From Eledone cirrhosa (lineage: Eukaryota), in contig OZ024758.1 of assembly GCA_964016885.1 (NCBI GenBank), forward strand, positions 32,178,001 through 32,242,000: 64,000 nt of DNA, in the 5' to 3' direction. The translations under genes and the position numbers were made by a program. This document shows positions 54,651 through 64,000 of the stretch, one piece after another (position 1 is the first letter of the stretch; each line of letters opens with the position of its first letter). The notes beneath the pieces are model-generated. The model saw only the letters and a program-made list of their open reading frames with translations. It did no database searches and was not told where the DNA came from.

Positions 54651-54824
54651 CTCATGAAGCTCTTTCTCAGTAAAAATAAAGGTGAGCAGTTTTAATCGAA
54701 GTGGCACGAGGAGAATGAGAAGAAAAGGGAAAGCTAAGGCTGCCTCTGTTGATTTGACAACCCAGAGAACCACCAATAAGGACAGCTGAGTTAATGTGTA
54801 AAGATGCATCCGGACTGTTCGCAC
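54651..54824 (-). CDS. SLC4A2: SLC4 anion exchanger exon (174 bp)
   Basis: AG/GT boundaries. [27 protein letters not shown] is a band 3 C-terminal TM motif. Confidence 0.95.
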
Positions 54825-54889
54825 CTGAAAGAGAGAGTTTGAAATACATCATCATCATCATCCTCATCATCATCACCATCATCATCATC

Positions 54890-55820
54890 ACTGTTTAATG
54901 ACTATTTTCCATATTTGAGTTGTCATATTTTGTTAATGTTTCATTTTGGCTTTGTTTCTACGGCTGAATGTAATGTATGAATCTTCCAGTGACTTTTATA
55001 ACTTGATGCCTATCTTGTTACCTTTCTCTAGTACATCCTTTGTTCTTGTAGCAGCTTACAATGATACTATTGTGCTTGACATTCAGTATAACATCATCCT
55101 CTACTACTTGATTAATTATACATCTGACTAGCTTGTAATCTACCAACTATTCCAGATGCTCCAACTCCCTTCTCCACCTTCACTTTTGTCTGTTTGGGGC
55201 ATGTCCACACTCTCCCACTAACTCTCTTTGTTTATCCGTCTCACATAATAGGACTTCCATTCCTCTTTCTTTTCAGCAAAAGTCACATCAAATGCACCAC
55301 TTTGATTTCAAACATACCTTTCCACAACAATGTCCTGAATTTCTTTAACATACTGCCTCACAATTTGGAACACTTAACAACTCTGTCCCCCCACATGTAT
55401 AAACTTCTTTTCTGCTTCTCCCCTAGCTAAATATACTTGCCACTTTGCCTCGCTTCTAGTTATTTGCTAAAGCAGTATGTTTCTCCTTTTCCTCCACTTT
55501 TTCTAGGCTTGACTTTTTTTTTTTAAGGCTTTATCAACCCTATCATTTCACTACCATGTTACTTTCTGTCTGGGACCTTGTCTCAGAGAAATTCCCAGTT
55601 TTTCTCTGTGTTATAAGTCTCCATCTTCTCTTTCTAACTGTCATAAGCATTGAGTCTGAATTTGTTGCCAGCTGAGGGTTCTTTCATGTCTTCCTTCTCC
55701 AGACTGGTTTTTGTCCTTTAGTCCTTCTACCTAATTTATGTTGGGTGGTACTTTCTTCACAAAGGAAACATTTAATGGTTATGATCATTCATTTATTTCA
55801 TTATCTTGTGAGTATGTAGT
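54890..55820 (-). mobile_element. Highly decayed RTE fragment in intron
   Basis: Weak similarity to the RTE APE-RT linker (VTW-like block near 55555) and 3' tail. Confidence 0.45.
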
Positions 55821-56029
55821 CTTTGGCTAGTGAAATGAAGTGTTTTGTTCAAGAACACAACATACAACTCAGTTCAGCCATCAAACCCATGATGTTATCA
55901 TCGTAAGTCCAACACCCTTACCATAAGGTCCTGGGCATCCACAGATTTAAACATGTTTCAATATTTTTTGTGCGCAAAGTTTTAAAACCTAATCCATATT
56001 AACAAATGAAAGATATAAATAGAACTTAC

Positions 56030-56199
56030 CCGTCGCACATAACCAACAGATGGATGGTGTTTCACTGGCATTAGTAGCAGTTTAGTTCTTTCATACATTT
56101 GTACCCCACTCATAGAAGACACACCAAGATAAAGAAAGACACCAAACAAAACAGTAAGAGGGATTTCTCGAAATAGTGGACCCCATGATAAAGATGAAC
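56030..56199 (-). CDS. SLC4A2: SLC4 anion exchanger exon (170 bp)
   Basis: AG/GT boundaries, phase 1 to 0. IPLTVLFGVFLYLGVSSMSGVQ..LMPVKHHP..YVRR. Confidence 0.95.
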
Positions 56200-57169
56200 C
56201 TGTCAAAACATAGAAGTTCAATAAGTGAAGCAGTTGAAAATAAGTAGTGTCAAACAAGTTTAAAAAGAGTGTCTATAAAATAGAAAAAAGAGAGGGCTTT
56301 GAGTTAGTTTTATTGTTATACATTATCAAAGATGGAACAACTAATTTGTTACATGGCTTAATACTATTTCCTGAGGCTGGGGCAATTTTGGTGGAGGCTT
56401 TTTTGAAGGGAGGGGGGAGGGGGATCTTCAACATTTTTTTTTTGTGGCTTAAGGGAAAAGGCAGCCCCTTGACCCTTTTCAGGATAAATTGGAGGCCTGG
56501 CCTGAATGCTTTGTAACAGAATGGACTCTGATAAATGCACCAAATGATAAAATGGTGGTGTTAAACTAGGAAAAGTATTTAAAGGCACCATTCAAGAATA
56601 TGAACACTTCCTATGATGGGCTTCCACACAGTTTCCAAAAACCAAATTTCAGTTACAAAACTTTGGTTGAAATGAAATTACTATGAAACCTGAAACCATG
56701 TAGTCACAATGTAAACTTATTAACTGCATAGCCCTTTCTGTGAGCTGTTGCATGCATTCAGATGAAGTCCGCAGCCCAGGAATTGATATCCCAATATGTT
56801 GTTCCCTATAGCAGTAACCCAACTGTTCTAGTTTCTTCCACCTTCAGTCTTGGAAGCCCAGAAAAAATCTCATAGACTCTGTTCTTTCTCTGTTTACTTA
56901 AAACATTTAAAACAAATTTGGAAAAGTAGAAGCTATTTAAGTTAAAGCTGTAGCTATTTTTTGTGGTGAACTTCCAGAACTTTCTAGGTGGGTACTCTTT
57001 CGCAAGGAATGTGTTTGATTTTTTTTTTTATAAACCACTATTTTGTAAATGTGAGGTTGGACCATAGAAGTGGGGGTAGGGCCACCCAGTAGCCCCAACT
57101 AAGGACCATAATGAGTGTATTTTAAATTTCCTTTCTTTCAATATGAATGTCAGTATACAATGTGTGCAT

Positions 57170-60100
57170 GTGTGTGTGCGCATGTTGAGTGTAATGTGTA
57201 GTGTAATGTGTGTAGTGTAATGTGTTGTGTAATGTGTAGTGTAAAATGTGTAGTGTAATGTGTAGTGTAATGTGTGTAGTGTAATGTGTAGTATAATATG
57301 GGTAGTGTAATGTGTAGTGTAATGTGTATGGTCTAATGTGTGTTATAATGTGTAATGTGTAGTGTAATGTGTAGTGTAATGTGCAAGGTGGTCGTGGAGG
57401 TGCCACGGCAAAAAAGCACCCAGCCCACACTGTAAAGTGGACGTGTAGGCGCCACGAAAAAGCACGCAGCACTCACTGTAAATGAGGTTGGTGTTAGGAA
57501 GGGCATCCAGCTGTAGAAATCAAGCCAGATCAGTTCCTGTATGAGCAAGGTATGGTCAGCCGACCAGACACTGCCCACAACAGGTCAACCCGTCTAACCC
57601 ATGCTAGTGTGGCAGAACGGACGTAAAACGGTGATGATGATGATGATGATGAATGTGTGTAGTGTAATGTCTAGTGTAATGCGTAGTGTAATGTGTGTAG
57701 TGTAATGCATGTAGTGTAATGTTTGTAGTGTAATGTGTAGTGTAGTATGTAATATAATGTGTAGTGTAATGTGTGTAGTGTAATGTGGGTAGTGTAATGT
57801 GTAGTGTAATCTGTAGTGTAATGTGTAGTGTAATGTGTAATGTAATGTGTAGTGTAATGTGTGTAGTGTAATGTGTGTAGTGTAATGTGTAGTGTAATGT
57901 GGGTAGTGTAATGTGTGTAGTGTAATGTGTGTAGTGTAATGTGTGTAGTGTAATGTGTGTAGTGTAATGTGTGTAGTGTGATGTGTGTAGTGTGATGTTT
58001 GTAGTGTAATGTGTGTAGCGTAATGTGTAGTGTAATGTGTAGTGTAATGTGTGTAGTGTAATGTGTGTAGTGTAATGTGTGTAGTGTAATGTGTCTAGTG
58101 TGATGTTTGTAGTGTAATGTGTGTAGTGTAATGTGTAGTGTAATGTGTGTAGTGTAATGTGTGTATGCACATGTGTAGTGTAATGTGTAGTGTAATGTGT
58201 AGTGTAGTGTAATGTGTGTAGTGTAATGTGTAGTGCAATGTGTGTAGTGTAATGGGTAGTGTAATGTGTGTAGTGTAATGTGTGTAGTGTAATGTGTGTA
58301 GTGTAATGTGTAGTGTAATGTGTGTAGTGTAATGTGTGTAGTGTAATTTGTAGTGTAATATGTGTAGTGTAATGTGTGTAGTGTAATGTGTGTAGTGCAA
58401 TGTGTAGTGTAATGTGTAGTGAAATGTGTAGTGTAATGTGTGTAGTGTAATGTGTGTAGTGTAATGTCTAGTGTAATGTGTGTAGTGTAATGTGTGTAAT
58501 GTAATGTGTAATGTAGTGTAATGTGTAGTGTAATGTGGAGTGTAGTGTAATGTGTAGTGTAATGTGTGTAGTGTAATGTGTGTAGTGGAATGTGTGTAGT
58601 GTAATGTGTTTAGTGTAAGGTGTAGTGAAATATGTGTATTGTAATGTGTGTAGTGTAATGTGTGTCGTGTGCAGTGTAATGTGTAGTGTAATGTGTAGTA
58701 TAAGGTGTAGTGTAGTGTGTAGTGTAATGTGTAGTGCAATGTGTATAGTGTAATGTGTAGTTTAATGTGGGTAGTGTTATGTGTAGTGTAATGCGTAGTG
58801 TAATGTGTAGCGTGATGGGTAGTGCAATGTGTAGTTTATGTGTGTAGTGTAATGTGTACTGTAATGTGTAGTGTAATATGTGTAGTATAATGTGTGTAGT
58901 GTAATGTGTGTAGTGTAATGTGTAGTGTAATGTGTGTAGTGTAATGTATAGTGTAATGTGTGTAGTATAATTTGTGTAGTGTAATTTGTGTAGTGTAATG
59001 TGTAGTGTAATGTGTAGTGTACTGTGTGTAGTGTAATGTGTGACGTGTATTGTGTGTAGTGTAATGTGTAGTGTAATGTGTAGCATAATGTGTGTAGTGC
59101 AATGTGTAGTGTAATGCGTAGTTTAAAGTGTGTAGTGTAATATGTAGTGTGATGTGTAGTTTAATGTCTGTAGTGTAATGTGTAGTGTAATGTGTTTAGT
59201 GTAATGTGTAGTGTAATGTGTGTAGTGTAATGTGTAGTGTAATGTGTGTAGTGTAATGTGTAGTGTAATGTGTGTGTGCGCATGTGTAGTGTAATGTGTA
59301 GTGTAATGCAATATGTGTAGTGTAATGTGTAGTGCAATGTGTGTAATGTAATGTGTGTAGTGTAATGTGTAGTGTAATATGTGTAGTGTAATGAGTGTAG
59401 TGAAATGTGTACTCTAATGTGTGTTGTGTAATGTGGTAGTGTAATTTGTAGTGTAATGTGTGTAATGTAATGTGTAATGTAATGTGGAGTGTAATGTGTG
59501 TAGTGTAATGTGTAGTGTAATGTGTGTAGTGTAATATGTGTATTGTAATGTCCGTAGTGTAATGTGTGTAGTGTAATGTGAAGTGTAATGTGTAGTATAA
59601 TATGGGTAGTGTAACGTGTGTAGTGTAATGTGTAGTGTAATGTGGGTAGTGTAATGTGTAGTGTAATGTGGGTAGTGTAATGTCTGTAGTGTAGTGTAAT
59701 GTGTAGTGTAATGTGTAGTGTAACATGTGTAGTGTAATGTGTAGCGTAGTGTGTAGTGTAATGTTTGTAGTGTAATGTGTGTAGTGTAATGTGTAGTGCA
59801 ATGTGTTTAGTGTAATGTGTAGTGTAATGTGTGTAGTGTAATGTGTAGCGTAATGTGTGTAGTGTAATGTGTAGTTTAATGTGTGTAGTGTAATGTGTAG
59901 TGTAATTTGTATTGTAATGTGTGTAGTGTAATCTGTAGTATAATGTGTAGTGTAAAGTGTGTAGTGTAATGTGTAGTGGAATGTGTGTAGTGTAATGTGT
60001 CTAGTGTAATGTGTAGTGTAATGTGTGTAGTGTAAGGTGTAGTGTAATGTGTGTAGTGTAATGTGTGTAGTGTAATGTGTGTATTGTAATGTGTGTATTG

Positions 60101-61206
60101 TAATGTGTGTAGTGTAATGTGTAGTGTAATGTGCAGTGTAATGTTTGTCATGTGTGCAGTGTCATGTGTGTAGTGTAATATGTGTAGTGTAATGTGTGTA
60201 GTGTAACGTGTGTAGTGTAATGTGTTGTGTAATGTGTAGTGTAATGTGTAGTGTAATGTGTGTAGTGTAATGTGGAGTGTAATGTGTAGTGTAATGTGTG
60301 TAGTGTAATGTGTGCAGTATAATGTGTGTAGTATAATGTGTGTAGTGTAATGTGTGTAGTGTAATGTGTGTAGTGTAATGGGTAGTGTAATGTGTAGTGT
60401 AATGTGTGTAGTGTAATGTGTGTAGTGTAATGTGTGTATTGTAATGTGTGTAGTGTAATGTGTAGTGTAATGTGTGTAGTGTAATGTGTGTAGTGTAATG
60501 TGTGTATTGTAATGTGTGTAGTGTAATGTGTAGTGTAATGTGCAGTGTAATGTTTGTCATGTGTGCAGTGTCATGTGTAGTGTAATATGTGTAGTGTAAT
60601 GTGTGTAGTGTAACGTGTGTAGTGTAATGTGTGTAGTGTAATGTGTGCAGTATAATGTGTAGTGTAATGTGTGTAGTATAATGTGAAGTATAATGTGTAG
60701 TGTAATGAGTGTAGTGTAATGTGTGTAGTGTAATGCATGTGTGCACATGTGTAGTGTAATGTGTAGTGGAATGTGTGTAGTTTAATGTGTGTAGTGTAAT
60801 GTGTAGTGTAATGAGTGAAGTGTAATGTGTAGTGCAATGTGTGTAGTGTAATGTGTGTAGTGTAATGTGTAGTCTAATGTGTGTAGTGTAATGTGTGTAG
60901 TGTAATATGTGTATTGTAACGTGTGTAGTGTAATGTGTGTATTGTAATGTGTAGTGTAATGTGTAGTGTAATGTCTGTAGTGTCATGTGTGTAGTGTAAT
61001 GTATGCAGTATAATGTGTAGTGTAATGTGTGTAGTATAACGTGTGTAGTATAATGTGTGTTGTGTAATGTGTGTAGTGTAATGTGTAGTGTAATGTGTTG
61101 TGTAACGTGTGTAGTGTAATGTGTAGTGTAATGTGTGTAGTGTAATGTGTAGTGTAATGTGTGTAGTGTAATGTGTAGTGTAATGTGTGTAGTGTAATGT
61201 GTGTGC
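57170..61206. repeat. Intronic (GTGTAGTGTAAT/GTGTGTAGTGTAAT)n satellite, ~4 kb
   Basis: Mixed 12 and 14 bp units. RTE 3' UTR inserted at 57382-57651. Confidence 0.95.
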
Positions 61207-61239
61207 AACAGGTTGGACTTTTTTTAAAGCACCTCAGGT

Positions 61240-61565
61240 CTAGGTGGTGTTAAACCAGGTGCTCGTGGATGTGGTGGTGTTAAACCAGGTGGTGGTGGTG
61301 ATGTTAAACCAGGTGGTGGTGGTGTTAAACCAGGTGGTGGTGGTGTTAAACCAGGTGGTGGTGGTGTTAAACCAGGTGGTGGTGGTGTTAAACCAGGTGG
61401 TAGTGGTGGTGTTAAACCAGGTGCTGGTTGTGGTGTTAAACCAGGTAGTGTTGGTGGTGTGAAACCAGGTGTTCGTGGATGTGGTGGTGTTAAACCAGGT
61501 GGTGGTGGATGTAGTGGTGTTAAACCAGGTGGTGGTGGATGTGGTGGTGTTAAACCAGGTGATAA
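61240..61565. repeat. (GGT)n-GTTAAACCA minisatellite
   Basis: 21-30 bp units built on ggtgttaaaccaggt. Confidence 0.9.
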
Positions 61566-61889
61566 ATTAAGTCCATCACTCAAGAACTACTGACATTTAC
61601 ACAGCTTCTGTCTTTGTCCACCAAATTTTGGTTGTTTCAAGGTTATAGCTAGACTATATATGCTCAAGGTACCACAGAGCAAGATAGAACAAGCCTGTAT
61701 GCGTGTGTGTGTCCGTGTGTGAGTGCATGTGTGAATGGTGTGTACGTGGTAAGTGAAAAGTGAAACTAAAATATAGATATATAGAGAAAATTGTATGAAA
61801 AATAAAATTAAAAGAGTTAAGTAGGGAAAAAGTAGAGCGGAAATAAATATAAAATTAGGAGGAAATAAATATAAAGAACTGAAACATAC

Positions 61890-62134
61890 CTATCAAAATA
61901 CTGACCAATATACTTGTGAGACGCTGCTCTTGGACGTATAATAATTTTGGTTTTTCACCAGGAGCATGTGTCCGGCTGAATACACTTAGGGCTGACTTAT
62001 GTGCCACAGATCGTACTGTAGCAGCACACATCCATGGTAAACCAAGTAATGCACAAATACTAACCAGTACGCCAACTAGCATCATGTCCAAATGGTAACC
62101 CGAACCTTTCCTCATTTTTTTGTCCATTATGGTT
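61890..62134 (-). CDS. SLC4A2: SLC4 anion exchanger exon (245 bp); upstream exons lie outside the window
   Basis: AG/GT boundaries, phase 2 to 1. KGSGYHLD, GLPWMCAATVRSVAH and VQEQRLT are SLC4 signatures. Confidence 0.96.
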
Positions 62135-62224
62135 CTGCAAATAAAAGATAAAACAAAAACAATTGATACCATGCGTTATTTCATTCTGCTTAGTTTTTTA
62201 CATCAAAATAATTACAAGCATTCT

Positions 62225-62669
62225 TTAACCCTTTAGCATTTAAACCAGCCAGAATCCTCTCACCTCTCTCTCTTCAAACCAACCGTAACTGGTCACTCAT
62301 ACCTACATTAAGGTATTGTTCTCAAAATAAATAACATAAAAATCTCATAGATTCAACCTTATGTGAGGTAAAGCCTTTACTGTGAAAATACAATAGTATA
62401 TATAGAGTAGTGTAAATGTTATGTGAGATATTATGTGAGGTAAAGCCTTTACTGTGAATATAGAGTAATGTAAATTCTATGTGGGATACTATGTGAGGTA
62501 AAGCCTTTACTGTGAAAATACAATAATATATATAGAATAATGTAAATGTTATGTGAGGTAAAGCCTTTACTGTGAAAATACAATAATATATATAGAGTAG
62601 TGTAAATGTTATGTGAGATATTATGTGAGGTAAAGCCTTTACTGTGAAAATACAATAGTATATATAGAG
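62225..62669. mobile_element. piggyBac-type MITE with tandem array, interrupted by a LINE
   Basis: TTAAccctttagc end. Reverse complement of the 44 kb array unit. Confidence 0.8.
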
Positions 62670-64000
62670 TGATTTCTTTATTTGCCACTAGGGCACAAAA
62701 GGTAGGGACAGATACAAGGGGGGAAGTTTACATATAATTAACGAGTACAAAAATATAACAATGAAATAACAACAACAAACGAAGTCCTCAATAGAGAGGG
62801 GGCATTAACATGGGTCGCACACACCCCGGAAAAAATGTGCAACCCTTCTCCTCAGGAGCTCAAAGAGTAGGTGCTTCCCTCGTCTCCTCTTTTTCCTCTT
62901 CTTTCACCTACAGGCTGATATAGAGAGAAGACCCATTCACTCTGGCCATTCTCCCTACTTTCACCCACCTTTCATAAAACTTGCTGGGGTAGAGCACCTC
63001 TCTCTCCATTCTGATCCTTCTTTTAAAATGGTATTTGAAAAAGGGGACCAGTTGTTGGCCGGAGAGAAAGGTGTCTGACCTCAGCCCTTTCAGCCTCATC
63101 CACCATACAACTTCTTTAGCCATGGCTATCACACAGAGAAAAACCGCCTCTCCTTCGTTTTTGAAAGGGGGAGGCGGTTTGATCGTGACAATGGACTCGG
63201 TGGTCAACCGGATTGGTCCCACCCTCGACAGTAGTCGTTCCACATAGCCCCACAGGTCAGCAATGCCTGGGCAGTGTACGAATGCGTGCGCAACGGTTTC
63301 GTCGTCATGCACGCATCTCGGACAGATCTTATTCAAAGGATCCCTACCCAGGCTCCCATGCCTGTGGAGCTTGTCTCGAACGGGTAGAGCCCCTCGGTAG
63401 CACTGCCAAGCCAGGGACTTTTGGAAGTTGTCCATCGGTCCAGGGCCAAACGTCCTACCGAACAGACTGGCCAGTTCATCTTCCTCCAAGCCTAGAGCTT
63501 CTCCGAGAGCATCGTCGCACCTGCTGCGTACCAACCCTCTATAGAATGTCGAGGTGGAGTCTCCACTGATTGCCGGGTCCGCTTTCCAGAAGGCCGTGAG
63601 CGCCTGGGCACATTCAATGTGCCAGTCGCCCACTTTTCTCGGTCTTTGCTTGACCCAGGATTGCAGCTCGGTGAGCGAGACGAATCTGGGAAAGGCTCGC
63701 TTCACAAACGGGGCCCACACCGGTTGACTGGTGAGGAATACCTGGAGGTGCCGTAGCCTTAATGCGTGTTTACGCATCTGTAGCCATGGCATCCCCAGCC
63801 CTCCTTTCGAAGGGTGTTGACAGCAGATGGATCTCCTCACCAAAGGGGTCCGCTTGTTCCAAAGAAATTGGAACAGCGCGCACTCCACTGGGCAAGGCAC
63901 GACGGTCAAGCGGTAGTAGATGACGGATGCTATATAAGTATTCGACACCTCCGCTCGACCTTTCAGGGATAGTTTGCACTGGGCCCACTTCTGGGTGAGT
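62670..64000 (-). mobile_element. Tx1/L1-clade LINE 3' end (ORF2 C-terminus, 62908 to window edge)
   Basis: LSLKGR, GGLG and the zf-RVT motif CPRC..ETVAHAFVHC. AATAAA near the 3' end. Confidence 0.88.

Noticed and set aside
57604-61583. HYTLHYT-repeat and PPPGLT-repeat ORFs
   Set aside because: They are satellite translations inside an intron. The flanking SLC4 exons splice in phase without them.

Overview
This is eukaryotic, repeat-saturated, AT-rich DNA. An octopod cephalopod source is inferred from the SINE/LINE content and long (TA)n arrays, not proven. The window has two domains. (1) Positions 1-39 kb hold no host gene: (TA/TACA)n arrays separate several RTE LINEs with a PHD-like finger inside the RT, two CR1-type LINE 3' ends, CORE-SINEs and at least four Penelope-like elements (RT + GIY-YIG). 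Reading both strands, I find about 12 type-I hammerhead ribozyme motifs in Penelope-type tails. They include covarying U3:A8 cores, putative U4A and A13C variants, and palindromic stem III loops. Several sit in short non-coding fold-back units. (2) Positions 39-64 kb hold the last four coding exons of a minus-strand SLC4 (AE1-3/band 3-like) anion exchanger, a SINE-rich downstream region, piggyBac MITEs, a transposase relic, a 4 kb intronic satellite and a Tx1/L1 3' end. Most Y/I/M/C/H-rich ORFs in the track are microsatellite artefacts.
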